Origin: Hypanus sabinus
Lineage: Eukaryota
Reading direction: 5' to 3'
Assembly: GCF_030144855.1 (NCBI RefSeq)
Contig: NC_082722.1
Coordinates: 27,156,001-27,220,000 of the forward strand
DNA length: 64,000 nucleotides
The notes beneath the pieces were generated by a model that worked only from the letters and a program-made list of their open reading frames with translations, ran no database searches and was not told the DNA's origin. Positions within the stretch are counted from its first letter, which is position 1. Each line of letters starts with the position of its first letter. The position numbers and the translations under genes were made by a program. Positions 10,020 through 22,719 of the stretch are shown one piece after another.

Positions 10020-12110
10020 TATTTATGAAGGCCAGTAAGTACAGTTTGCAAGCCAAATACCGTTGCTGGGAAAGATACTGGGATGAAGGACAGCATCTAT
10101 CAGAATTTGGAAAGACGAGGAATATAAAAGTGACCGTAAACATAGATTTCTGAGGGAGAATCGTCGCTCACAAACTTGATTCAGTTGTTTTGAAGAGGCT
10201 ATGCAGAAAATTGCTGAGGACAGCAAAGAAAACTATATCTTAATTGAATTTTGCACGATCCTGTACAACAGTCTAGTGCAGAATACTGGATGACAAGGGA
10301 GCCACTGTGAGCCAGCCAACTGAACACAAGAACACAGAATTGGTTTCCGAGAAGAATCAGACGGTGATAGTGGAGATTTGAGACGAAGAATAAAGGATTG
10401 CAAGTAGTGATGTACTGAAGAGGTAGTTTCTGGTTCCAGTATTGTTTGACATCTCCAAAATATTTAGTTGATAGTTTTTTTTAAAAGTTGTTAATAAATT
10501 TCAGGGTGCAGAGGAATTAGTGGTATACCAGACACTGAAAATTAACTGAAACAAAGAACTGGGAAAGTGGGCCAAACAATTGCAGATGGAGTATAACTGG
10601 GACATTTGCAAAGTGTTGCATTTTGGTTATTCAAACTGGGGCGGGAACTGTGCAATGGATTGTCATGGTTGTTGAAGCAGAGCACGGTAACTGAGAGATA
10701 CAGGCACTCTGATCTGTAAAATTGTCGACGGATTTGGACAGGCTGGTAAAGAAGTTGTTTGTAACAAATAACTCAGTTCAGATTCCGAATCAGGTTTATT
10801 ATCACTGGCATGTGTCGTGATGTTTATGAACTTAGCAGTGACAGTTCAATTCAATCCATAACGCAGATAACGAAAGATAAATAAATAAATAAAATCGATA
10901 CATTAATCTATTATGGTATATGCATATTAGGTAGATTTAAACACGTGCAAAAATTGGAATAACATATATTTAAAAAGTGGTATTATTCATGCGGTCAATG
11001 CCCATTTAGGTATCCGATCGCAGAGGGGGGGGGGGGGGGCAGAAGTTGTTCCTGAATTGCTGAGCGGATGCTTTGAGGTTTCTGTAACTCCTACTTGACA
11101 GAAACAGTGAGAAAACAGCATGCCCTGGTGTTGCAGTTCTTTAATAATGGACGCTGCCTTTATGAGACACCGCTCCTTGAAGATGCGCTGAGTACTTTGT
11201 AGGCTTATACGCAAGACGGCGCTGACTAAATTTACGACACTCTGCAGCTACTTTCGGTGCTACGCAGAATCCCACCACACCCCCCCCCCCCATACCAGAC
11301 AGTGACGCAGTTTGTTAGAATGCTCTCCACAGTACACTTACAGAAGTCTTTGTGTGTATTTGTTCACATACCACATCTCTTCAAACACGTAATGAAGTAT
11401 AGTCGCTGTCTTGCCTTAATTACAGCTGCATCGATATATTGGGTCTAGGTTAGATCCTCAGAGAGCTTGATACCCAGGATCTTGAAACTGAACATTTTCT
11501 GCGCCTCTAATCCCTGAATGAGGATTGGTGTTTATTACTTCTTCCAACACTTCCTGAAGCTCACAAGCATCTTCTTCGTTGACTGCAAGTTGTGGAAATG
11601 AGTACAGGATTTGGGACGTCATGTTCAACTGTACAGATCGTTGGTGAAACATGGTATTGTGCAATCATTGGTGAAAAGTAGGATGTGCATTTTGATCGGC
11701 AACAACAGAAGATTGATAAGTATGTTTGTACGACAGTGTGATTTTAACTGTAGGAAAAGACTGGGGCTATTCATCCCTAGAGCACAGGTGGTTGCGCGGT
11801 GACTATACATATGTAACGTCAGGAAGGGCGAGGCAGGAGTATGATCACAGTCTTTAACCCAGAATGTGTTAACTGAAAATGAGAATACATCGATTCCAGG
11901 CGAGAGAGAAAATATTTAAAAGAGTCTAGGGAAAACTTGTCAACAAAAGAGTTTAAAAAAAAATAGATCGGAGTTCCAAAGGAACATATAGAACTGGGTG
12001 CGATTCCAGTGTGTGAAGTACATTTGGATTGGTACATAGACAGAAAATGTTTATTGTGGTGATATCCAAACGCAGCCAGATGGGACGAGCTGGGGTGTTC
12101 AATAGTGCAA
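10020..12110 (+). mobile_element. Old, degraded CR1 RT fragments split by a Rex1/Babar insertion
   Basis: Remnant CR1 RT-region sequence on both sides of 10765-11585; the same nested layout occurs at 38000-40130. Confidence 0.6.
10765..11585 (-). mobile_element. Rex1/Babar-type LINE 3' fragment
   Basis: FKERCLIKAASIIKELQHQG and QLAVN..ELQEVL resemble the KAASIIKDPxHPGH and NLALNVSKTKEL motifs; the paralog at 38770-39565 reads LAINVSKTKEILVDFRK. Confidence 0.75.
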
Positions 12111-12616
12111 TAGTTCAACATTTCCAATTGAATATCAGAAAATGCATACAATATACAACCTGAAATTATTGGCCTTCGCATACATCCATGAAAACAGAAG
12201 AGTAATCCAACCAATGATTGACAGCAAAAACGTTTGAAATTGAGTTAGAAACGTTAGAAAACATTAGAGGCATTGTGGAGTCGTTTCCTCCCCCTTCTAC
12301 GCACAAGAACCACCTTCCCTCCACTGTTACACTTACCCCAGCAAGCAACCAATAGCAAAGACCCCAAGGGAGCTTGATTTGCAATGCAGAAAAGCTAATC
12401 GCCTTGCCGACGAATTCAACATGCCCCATTGCCCTCTCACCCGAATAACGGGACACATAGCGAAAGAAGGGAGCAAGAAAGCAAACAACTCGTTATCTTC
12501 CCAATTGTTACACGTGACATCGATCATCAACCTTTGATGGATGCAAGAAACGAAACGTAGGGATGCTCTGGTCTGCACTCATTGATAATAAATGGCTATG
12601 AACTGCAATCGGATTC

Positions 12617-12754
12617 TCAGCTGCACAGCTTCTTTGAAGTATTTACATTTGTGTACAATGTATGTTTTCTTTGATGTTTGGATGTCTGTGTGTAATTCGA
12701 ATCGGGAATCTGCAAAGCGGCATAAGTTAGTTTGTCAGCTCCATTTCCAATAGT
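12617..12754 (-). CDS. Exon 7: terminal cytoplasmic exon with ITIM and ITSM
   Basis: Acceptor ttgcattactttcacag; TIGNGADKLTYAALQIPDSNYTQTSKHQRKHTLYTNVNTSKKLCS*. LTYAAL fits (I/V/L/S)xYxx(L/V); TLYTNV fits TxYxx(V/I). Confidence 0.88.
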   Translation of the reverse strand, partial: TIGNGADKLTYAALQIPDSNYTQTSKHQRKHTLYTNVNTSKKLCS

Positions 12755-12972
12755 CTGTGAAAGTAATGCAACATCAGTGGTTAGTCGAGCATTTAGTGAC
12801 TCATTGTAACATAAACTAGATATGTCCTCGTAAGTAATGAACTTCAGTTGCTTACGCTTTATACACAATTATTTGAATGCTGTTTCAAGATTTCCCTTAA
12901 TTATTTATATATTAGCGTTTCTTTCCTTACTTAAAAGGAACTTTAACAAAAGCAAGTTAAGCGAGTGGTGAA

Positions 12973-14960
12973 AAATAAAAACACAAAATGCTTGCAGAAC
13001 TCATCAGGCCAGACTACCCATGGGAAGTGATAATGACGACGTTTGAAGGAGACAGGGTGGGAGAATGAATAGTCTAGGCAGCTGTGAGAGTCTGTACGTT
13101 TGCAGTAGAGATCGGCGGATAGGCTGTCTCCAGGATAGAAACAGAAAGATCTAGAAAGGGGAGGGAGGTGTCGGAATTAGACCAGGTGAATTTGAGGGCG
13201 GGCTGAAAGTTGGAGGCGAAGTTGATGAAGTCGACGAGCTCAGCATGTGTGCAGGAAGCAGCGCCGATGCAGTCGTCGATATAACGTAATGAATGAGGAG
13301 GAGAGATACAGGTGTAGACCTGGAACATAGATTGCTCCACATGGCCGACAAAAAGGCAGACATAGCTAGGACCCATCCGGATGCCCATGGCTACACGTTT
13401 AGTTTGAGAAAGTGAGAGGAGCCAAAGAATAAATTGTTAAGGGTGAGGGCTAATTCCCCAAGGCGGAGAGGAGTGGTGGTAGAGGGTAACTGGCTGGGTC
13501 TAGAATCCAGGAAGAAACGGAGAGCTTGGAGACCTTCCTGGTGGGTGATAGAGTTATATATGGACTGGACTACCATGGTGGAAATAAGGCGGTGGAGGCC
13601 AGGGAACTTGAGATCTTTGAAGAGATGTAACGCATGGGAAGTATCACGGACATAGGTGGGAAGGGATTGAAAAAGGGGCAATAGAGTCTAGATAGGCAGA
13701 AATGTCTACTGCATGACTACTAAAAACCTACGGACACTCACAGCTACCTAGACTATTCCTCCGGCCACCCTGTCTCCTGCTAAAATGCTATCCCTCTCTG
13801 AATTCCTCCGCTTCCGCCGCATCTGCTCTTAGGATGAGGCCTTTCATTCTAGGACAAAGGAGATGTCTCCTTTTTTAGAGAAAGGGCCTTTCTTTCGTCC
13901 ACTATCAACTCCGTCCTCCATCACAACTCCCGTATTTCACGCAACTCACTCCTCACCGAATCCCCCTCCCCAGCCAACCAGGGATAGAGCCCCCTGGTCC
14001 TCAACGATCACACTACCAGTCTACAGATCCAACGTATAATCCTCCGCAACTTCCGCCACCGCCTACGGGATACCACCACCAGACATACGTACCCCTCACC
14101 CGACTCTCGCTTCTCCGCAAGGATCGCTCCGTATGCGACTCCCTTGTCCATTCATTCCCCCATCCCTCCCCACCAACCTCTCTCCAGGCACTTATCCCTG
14201 CAAACGGAAGAAGTACTACACCTGCCCCCACACTTCTTCCCTCAACCCCATCCGAGGCCCCAGACAGTACTTTCAGCTAAGGTACCACTTCAGCTGCGAA
14301 TCAACTGGGGTGATATACTGTATCCGGTACTCCAGATGTGGCCATTTATACATTGGGGAGACCTGCCGCCGACTGGGAGATCGTTTCGCCGAACAGTGCG
14401 CTCAGTCCTCCAGCAGTGGCGGGATCTCCCTGTGGCCACACACTTCAATTCCACAGACCACTCCCACTCGGATATGTCTGTCCATGGTCTCCTCTAGCGT
14501 CAAGTAGAGGACACACGCAGTTTGATGAAGCAATGCCTTATCTCCAGCATAGGTAGCCTCCTACCTGCCGGCATGAACATTCAACTCACAGACCTCCGCA
14601 GATACAACTGCCCCCCCACCTTAACCCATCCCTATCTATAATTTTAGTCTGGTTCTCTTTCACTCACTTTTTCCCTCCTCACTACAATCTCCCCGCAGCC
14701 CTACCTTTCTTTCTCTTTTATTTCCCATAATTCTCCACCTTGCCCCGAGCCGATTTCCCTTCTGCCTATCACTTCCCAGCTCTCTACTTCAACCCTCCCC
14801 CCACTTCTTATCCCTCCTCCACCATCCCATGTTACTTCACTCCTGATGAAGGGTTTAGGACTGAAACGTCGTCACCACGTCCTCCAATAGATGCTGTCTG
14901 GGCTGCTGAATTCCGCCAGCAATTTGTGTTTTTATTTATTTCCAGCATCTGCAGATTCAC
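12973..14960. mobile_element. Composite Penelope-like element: RT on minus (13045-13700), RT C-terminus/GIY-YIG on plus (13706-14960), inverted termini
   Basis: MGIRMGPSYVCLFVG...LRYIDDCIG...LPFLDLSV (minus); VIYCIRYSRCGHLYIGETCRRLGDRFAE (plus). The ends aaataaaaacacaaaatgcttgcagaactc and gaattccgccagcaatttgtgtttttattt are inverted repeats. Confidence 0.88.
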
Positions 14961-15389
14961 TCGTGTTATGACAGATAAATCCTTGAAGTAGCAGTTATGG
15001 TACAAAATAATTGGCTAAATATAATACAATAGTATTTTCTGTCATCTGTGACTGATTGCCGCATCCTGTTACGTTTATGGAGCTCACAGATGTTTGCTCA
15101 GCCACACCTGCCAACACAGTCACCAACGTACATGGACATTGTTGTCAGTGGACAGCTCATAACTGATAGAATGAACGTTGCCACTTTGTTTAATCAGGCT
15201 CTCTGACTACAGTTTTGTCACAATTCGGTATTTCCGGTAGTTCATTTCTCCTCGGTTATTATCAGATACTCGTGTTTATTATGGAGCTAATTGTGGACGT
15301 TGGGAAGGATGGCATTCTTAGTTTTGAGCTTTTTGCCCTTTCCTCACGTGCAAACTACATCTGAAAATAAATTCGTAAAAGCAAGGAAC

Positions 15390-15940
15390 AAGTAATCTCT
15401 AGAGCTTCTACAGATAAGGGAAATCCTGTAGATTGCAAACAAAATATTGAAGGAATTCATTTGGCAAGGCAACATGCAAGAAGGTAAATAAACTTTCGAT
15501 TATTTCTGAAAGAGACGCTTTATCGGGACCGGAAATGAGGGAATAGAATCCAAAATATAAATGTGTGGAGGGGGTGCAGGAAAAGTAGCTGGTGACGGGT
15601 GAATCCAGGTGAGTGCGAAAGTGTCGGGATCTCTGGGATGGGAATGGCGTAAGAAGCTGGGAGGTATCGGGTGGGAAAAGTAAACTGTATATGAATGAGT
15701 CAATTACGGGAGGACAGTGGACCCTGCAAAATGGAAGAAAGAGGAGCACGTGGTTGGAGGGCAGCCGAATGGGCAGATGACGAGAAGAGAAAAGGTAAAA
15801 AGGAGAATGAAAGAAAGAGAGAATGGAATGATGCTGAAATTCCCAAAAGTTAGAGAAATCGACATTTATGCCTTTAGGTTGGAGTCTCCACAAATGGGAG
15901 AACATATTATGCTTGTTCCAGAACGTCAAGTTGTTTCACG
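15390..15940 (-). mobile_element. Penelope-like 3' fragment
   Basis: HLWRLQPKGINVDFSNF endonuclease tail followed by the same pyrimidine-rich 3' sequence as other PLE copies. Confidence 0.7.
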
Positions 15941-16699
15941 TAAAGGGGATCAGCTATGAATCACTTTATATTTTGTTACAGTGTCAATGGTATCCTCAAG
16001 TTTGTATAAATAACGTTCCTGCTGGATGATTTATATATATATGAACCCTCTGGGGTACTCCAGTTTCCTCCAATGACTTACAGGTTAGGAGGTCACGTGG
16101 GTGTGACATTCAGGGTAATCTCTCTGCTTCACCTGGGAATAGATAACGCGCTCCTTATGCTGTCGATCTTTGCGAAATGGTTTGATCTCCCTGAAGCATA
16201 GGCAGTGGTGTGCTCAACCGGTGCTTGTTCAGCCTGTTAGAAAAAAACATATAAAATACAACTAATTGATTCACATCTCAATGATCGTAAACTAAATTAG
16301 ATTTGCCAAATCTAAACACCGAGGATAAAAAAAATACAATAACATTTTGTCTGCGCACAATGGTACTGTCGATACATTATACCGGAGGTGGAATCTCGAC
16401 ATTTTCAGGCTGGAAGTCGCTATGTTTATACTTTCAAATCACCGCTTATAACAGTCCTCGGAATAGGATGGGGTTCTCACTTCTGGCCATCTCTGTTTTT
16501 TCATTTCTTAAATCGCTCTAAATTATGTGCAAGTGCAGAGGCCCATGTTCTATCTTATACGCATGCGTCGAATTATCGTCATGATTGCCCTGATGAGAAT
16601 TCGTCCCTGCGCTGCAAACTGAAATTGTGACTCATACCACTCGCATTATTTAAGTTGAGGATATTGGAGCAAATGGCAAGTCCCGATGCTAAGTCTCGC

Positions 16700-17450
16700 T
16701 TAAATCTAGCTGGAAACAGGGGAGCGGCATTCTGGTCCTCTGTTGATTTGATTGGTTTTGCTGGTAAATCACTTAAATTACGATCGAAGTTGGTAGAACC
16801 AATGGACGTAGTTGTTATAGTAAATGATAAAAAATGTCATTTGTTTTGCTGATGTAATAGCATAGCATTCCAGAGTAATAAAGTAACAGTAAAATTTTAT
16901 CATGAATGCTTCATCTTCAGCTTGGACATTACTCTAAGACGTAGCCCTACATTTCCGGAAGTGTTGCGAACACGTAGAATTTTTACCATAATGAAATCAG
17001 TGATGTATGTATAACTGCCATAGCTTAGTTGCTGCAGTCGCTCAATTTACCCCTAAAGTCGTCACGTAAAATTATAACTAAATGCGTTAACCTGAGGAAC
17101 GTGATTAATGAAACACAAGAATACAAAAGTTATCATAAGCATGAATCCAGGTAGCAATAAAATAATAACATTGAAGGACTGGAAACATGAAGTAAAACAG
17201 AGAATTAGAACACAAAAAAATGTTTGTAGATCAGGAGCCACCAGTTCAAGGGAAATATTTAACGTTTACGTTGCAATCTGCGAAATGGTCTTCAATCTAG
17301 AATATCAACTGGTTCTCTTTCCAAAATCCGTCAGTAACTACAGATTATTTTCTGCTTTGAATCCAAATGGGGGGCAACAATGTTTGTATCCGTTTTATGC
17401 TTTGCTTCCCACATTGAGGATAATACTCATTCAGCAAAGCATCGTGGACT
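16700..17450 (+). mobile_element. Highly degraded CR1 3' fragment
   Basis: Remnant CR1 RT C-terminal nucleotide motifs, no clean ORF. Confidence 0.45.
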
Positions 17451-18059
17451 AGAACGTGCTATGTGGAGTTTTATCTAACACACTGTTCACCACATACTGC
17501 AAGGTTTTGTTGCAAGTATATTCGATTCCATTGCAGGTTATGCATCGATGTGCGGATCATTGTTGCGTATCGGGATTAAAACTGCATTTAATATTGCAAA
17601 GACCATTTCTACAAATCAAGATTTCGTTACATGTTTACATTGCTTACTGTCTGTCTGGTGATATGTAACACACATTGGGAAGTGATTCGTGCACGTACTG
17701 CACTTTCGCATTGTCCAGTTAAATGCGATTCTCGTAAACTAGCATTTACTAGTTTCTCTCAGTCGTAGATGCATGTTGAATTATTTGTAAAAACAACTGA
17801 CCTTCCAATGTTAAATAGTACCGTTCCCCTCCCAATTCAACCGGCTATGAACCGGTCTGGAATCTTGTAAGGATACAGGAAGCAGATGCAACGAAAACAC
17901 TCCAATAAAACTTGGATATATACTTGAAAATAAATATTTGACGGGAAAATTGTTTTATTTTCCCTACTACGCTCCAAAGAGTTATGGAATAAAATAAATT
18001 CATGATATCTTTGCTATGCGAGTATCCCGCTCTGAAACAAGACGAGTCCCTTCACCTAC

Positions 18060-18103
18060 CTGGTCTACGTTCTGACATCCGTCCAAAGGATTTGTGTTAC
18101 TCC
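18060..18103 (-). CDS. Exon 6: 44-nt cytoplasmic micro-exon (RSNTNPLDGCQNVDQ)
   Basis: Acceptor gatttcctttctgaag, strong donor CAG|gtaggt, phase 1-0 matching the terminal exon. Confidence 0.7.
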
Positions 18104-18601
18104 CTTCAGAAAGGAAATCAAAGAGACATGATTTGCATTGTAAATATTGTACATTATTCATTTGATACCAATCGAATTAATCGTGTAAGCTGACGTTACG
18201 GATTTTTCAGAAAGTGTTTGTTGGTAATGGTCGTGCAAATATACTGTGTTCTGCATTAAACTGCTGCTATGCTCAAAAGGCTTTGACTTTCAACGAGACT
18301 GTAAGGTATTAATAGCATAACAGCGGCGGTACTGTATTTATGTATGGCAACTTAAATGGAAATTAAAACCAATGAGACGTATATAAGTTGATCGATGTTA
18401 TTTACACAATCAGAGGGAGTTTAGATCTACGCCAAGTCGTTTACGTTTCAAAATACGGATCTACCGTTGTATTAAAAATCAAGACATTTGAAGAACTCCA
18501 AATGGATATAACAGCATTCCGAAATCAGATATGAAATACTTCCAGTGGATTGGTGAAGTAGTTGAACTTTAAGATCATATATTTTGCCAGAATATTATTA
18601 C

Positions 18602-18642
18602 TGAAATCCGGCTTCGAAAATCGGGATCCATGTCCAATCATT
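18602..18642 (-). CDS. Exon 5: 41-nt cytoplasmic micro-exon (RMIGHGSRFSKPDF)
   Basis: Bridges the phase-2 TM donor to the phase-1 next exon with no stop. The intron is only 79 nt, the donor gtaata is moderate, and a competing AG lies 16 nt upstream. Confidence 0.55.
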
Positions 18643-18721
18643 CTGTAAATGCCATTTACTGTTTTGAAGTTAAAAGACATTAACGTTTCTATTTTGTACG
18701 AATAGAGGTAATGTTTCTCAC

Positions 18722-18836
18722 CGATCAGTGTTCTTACTGTGCGACCTCTTCAACTTGAGTTTCAGCAAAAGTATTATCAGAATTAAAATTGCTAATCCGC
18801 CCACTGCACATTCAAGAATCAATCTGGTATCAGAGC
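18722..18836 (-). CDS. Exon 4: transmembrane segment and basic stop-transfer sequence
   Basis: GSDTRLILECAVGGLAILILIILLLKLKLKRSHSKNTD; uncharged TM core; acceptor tttatttttcaag, donor CG|gtgaga (phase 1-2). Confidence 0.9.
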
Positions 18837-19762
18837 CTTGAAAAATAAACCAGTAAAGCACTTGTACATCTAAAAACAAATCCACACATGGGAATAAACA
18901 ATGCAAACTACTCCATAGGATTCTTTCAATTCTCACTACACACTGATAGGAAAATGACAGAATATACAGTTTAGAACAAAGAAATCTGTTTTTCCACTTT
19001 CTCCAGACACATTCCAGCTATTTACTAAGACTAAGAATAGGCTCCATTGGTTTTACCTATACTTCGCTTGACAATAGATATCAGTACACCGATTGAATGT
19101 TACCTAATACAATTCTGATCTCGATTCAACCTTTTCAGTCACATCTGTCAAGGATGTTCTTTAGAACGATCAAAACAGTATAGATAACTTCTAGACTCGC
19201 CAAAGGAGTCCCGGTACAGCAACAATTCGCTCAATGCTGGAATTACTTGCTAACTTCAAGAGTTCATAACACTGCGCCCTCTAAGCCTCCTGAATGTGTA
19301 TCGAGCATATTAAACGTGTTTTCCCACTGTTATATTTTCCGCAGCTATCCGAGTGACAAACCCGAATTAATGGAAACTGCAAAATGAAAATATAGATAAA
19401 CACGAAGCATCCATTTGAACTGTGTTGCCCACTATTATTGGTAGCCAATTACGCAGAGACTGTGGTTTGTCAAAGTCTGTTCACAGTTTCGCAGCCTATG
19501 CATTCGTTCCAGTTGGCAAATAACTGTCACGCTTTTGTGTTCAGGAATTCCTAGCTTGATGCTGATTTTGCCTCATGTCCACATTTTTCCGGTAAAACTT
19601 CGTTGTATAAATACTCCTTCACTCGCCAGAATTTCTGAACTTTTTGAATATTCAGAGTAACACACAAGATGCTGAACGTACGCAGCCGATCAGGAGACGA
19701 ATAAAATAGAGACATCTCGTTCCGAGACCTTACATCAGGACGCAATCAAGACACCATCTTAC

Positions 19763-20035
19763 CTTGCTCCAGGATGTACCTGAAACTGACAGGCACTGTG
19801 AGGGAGACATGCGACACCAGGCAGGTGTAAACATCTTTTTCCGAAGCAGACTGATTAATTCCCAATGAACTGTAAGCCTGGTATATCACTGTTTCTATTC
19901 CAGTGCGAATTTGCCGGTTATTTTTTTGCCAGACGATTTCTAATTCTTTCGTGTAGAAGGCAGCTGTTTTGCAGAGGAGCTGCCGAGGAGACGAAAAATC
20001 TCCAATAGGAACGATTTTCAATGGAGTTGGGGGAG
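19763..20035 (-). CDS. Exon 3: C1-set Ig domain
   Basis: APPTPLKIVPIGDFSSPRQLLCKTAAFYTKELEIVWQKNN...DVYTCLVSHVSLTVP. LxC...FY(P)...W and YxCxVxHxSL C1 signatures; phase 1-1; acceptor ctatctttttattcaag, donor AAG|gtaaga. Confidence 0.92.
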
Positions 20036-21111
20036 CTTGAATAAAAAGATAGTTATATTGGATATTTACCATTCATTTAGTTAAAGTAAATTCGTTTATT
20101 TTCCGCCAATTACAATGACATCTCACTATCAGATTAGATACCCGCCATAGGTTACCAGTATTTTAAATATTGTTTAAAGTTCAAGTTCATAGCTATTAAA
20201 CTACACAGATGTACATGGCTAAATGAAACATCTTTCTTCTGTGATCAACTGCAAAATATAGTCCATGTATTCCCACTAAGCAAGTGCATTCATCATTCAG
20301 CACATGCAGCGCAAAATAAAAAAAATAAAAAACCGAGTCACACTGTAGGAACAGATGTAAGGAAAAATTCGAAAGAGAAACCGAGAAGGGGAATCTAAGG
20401 ATTGCAATATGAGGAAGACATTCTATTTTGAATAGTCTTTCAGCTTTATCACACGACTGTGTTTGCGGCAGCCCTCTGGCTTTGGAAAATTTTCCTTTCT
20501 GTATTTTGTTCATTTCTAATCCAAACTGAACTACAAAACACAAAATATGACAGATTTCCACAGTCCGAACGCAATAAGCTCTTGCACATGTTTTTAATAT
20601 TCTGGCAACTCATTTTTTTCAGGTAGTTTTTCAGAGCTTGCGTTGGAGCTTTCCAGTCATCAACATTCACTGACAGAGCTTTCCTCTGAATGCATATCAT
20701 TGCTGTTTTTTTCCATATTTAATGTATTGAATGTGGCAAATCGTACCCTCCATGAAACATCTAGGAACGGAAATGCGAGGCTGATATTAAGCGCATTTAT
20801 TCCGCATTTCTATTCTTTTATCAACCTGTCGGCCTGCAGCAAAATTGTCGATACTGACCTGACACTGCTATATGATGATGCCCTGCAGAGAGGCAAGCCA
20901 GAAGCTGAACGAACTCCACTTCTCCCCTCAAAGATTTCACTCAAAGGTGAGTCCAAAATTCACGATTTTCCAAACGCGGACTGCCTGCGCTACAAATATC
21001 GTCTGTATCTAACTTGGGAAAGCCGATGGTCAGATTGCTTTATTAATGTTTCACAACATTTAGCATTTCGCTCTGCCGACAGTGGCCATCCTGAGCTCAC
21101 TGTTGCCCGCA

Positions 21112-21800
21112 CAGCCATAGAAACATAGAAAACAGGTGCAGGAGTAGGCCATTCGGCCCTTCGAGCCTGCACCGACATTCAGTATGATCATTTCTGATAA
21201 TCCAACACAGAACCCTGTACTTGCTTTCTCTCCAAACCCCTGATCCCTTTAGCCACAAGGGCTATATTTAACTCCTTCTTAAATATAGCCAATAAACTAG
21301 CCCCAATTGTTTCCTGTGGCAGAGATTTCCACAGATTCACCACTCTCTGTGTGAAGAAGTTTCTCCTCATCCTAAAAGGCTTCCCTTTATCCTTAAACTG
21401 TGACCCCTCATTCTAGACTTCCCCAACATCGAGAACAATCTTCCTGCATCTAGCTTGTCCAATTCCTTTAGAATTGTATACGTTTCAATAAGGTCCCCCC
21501 GCAATCGTCTAAATTCCAGCGAGTATAAGCCCAGTCGATCCAATATTTCTTCATATGAAAGTCTTGCCTTCCCAGGAATCAATCTGGTGAACCTTCTTTG
21601 TACTCCCTCTTTGGCAACAATGTCTTTCCTCATATTAGGGTAGCAAAACTGCACACAATGCTTGATGTGTGGTCTCATTGAACAACTGCAGTAGTACGTC
21701 CCTGCTCCTGTACTTGAATCCTCTTGCTACGAATGCCAACATGCCATTTGGCTTTTTCACCGCCTACTTTACCTGCATGCCCACTTTCAATGCCATGGTC
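21112..21800 (-). mobile_element. CR1 3' fragment in intron 2
   Basis: RPHIKHCVQFCYP...VQRRFTRLIPG...LYSLEFRRLRGDLIETY; RRNFFTQRVVNLW. Confidence 0.9.
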
Positions 21801-21869
21801 CAGATACGGATGACATATGTATCCCTGCTTGTGGCTCTAAGTCAAATTAGTTTATATAAGTCCCCAGGG

Positions 21870-22100
21870 CCCGACGTGGAATCCCAGCCATTCTTTTTGG
21901 GAGGCATGTGCAGAATTTTAAGGTGCTTTGATGGAGGGGTTCAAAATGTGCTGTCCCACGGGTGAGGTGCCGGAGGACCGGATATGACTAATGTTTTCAA
22001 GTTGGTCAAGAAAAGCTCAAAAAATACGCCGGAATCTTTCAGGCTGGTAAGCCTGACGCGTGTATAGGGTAAGTTACTGGAAATAGACATGACAAAACAG
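21870..22100 (+). mobile_element. Short CR1 RT fragment
   Basis: ggtgaggtgccggaggac...gtaagcctgac...gggtaagttactggaa = GEVPED...PVSLTS..GKLLE region. Confidence 0.7.
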
Positions 22101-22719
22101 ATGTGTTGCTGACAGATGGGGAACACACGCTTGTTTGGAATGAACGTAGCAGATTTAGCGTGTGGTAAGAGTGACTTTATTTCTTCTTCAAAATGGCTAG
22201 TTTTATCCGTCCCTCTGCGCTTGTAGGTCAATTTTGTATTAACAGAAAATCAGGCAGTCAATCTGCATACCTATGCTCATTTCAATGGGATCGGCATTGT
22301 GGAGCAGCACACGGATCAAGCTGTGTTTCTCTCTGTGTAGGTTTTACGACACGTTCCGTAATTGTCATTAATGAAGTGGCTTTGTTTGCCTTTGCCGATG
22401 TTTATTAATTACTTGCAAATATTTGTAGTTGTGCACTTCAGAAACTGTCGGATCGAAATCGGCGAAATACGTGAAGGTGTGGCAATATAAAAGTAGGCTG
22501 GAGAACGGGCGGATGTCATTTAAACTCGACAACGTTTCGCTTTAAGTTAGATGGCTTGTGATTTGCCCTTTATCCGAATTTGTCTACAACTCCCTATCTC
22601 TCATTATCTAACCCGAATCAAGTTCTTCGTCTTAAAATGAGGTGGTTCCGTTCATCCGCTGTTTAAAGCTTTAGATTGTTTAAACGTGTTGGACAGCAAA
22701 TGTCACGCCGCTTTTTTTT

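Noticed and set aside
20196-20700. Minus-strand ORFs between the V and C1 exons as a possible second Ig domain
   Set aside because: No Cys/Trp Ig pattern and no phase-1 exon boundaries.
20643-21128. 161-aa plus-strand ORF with a strong donor (AAG|gtgagt at ~20946) in intron 2
   Set aside because: No recognisable domain or partner exons, and it runs into a CR1 tail. At most an antisense non-coding exon.
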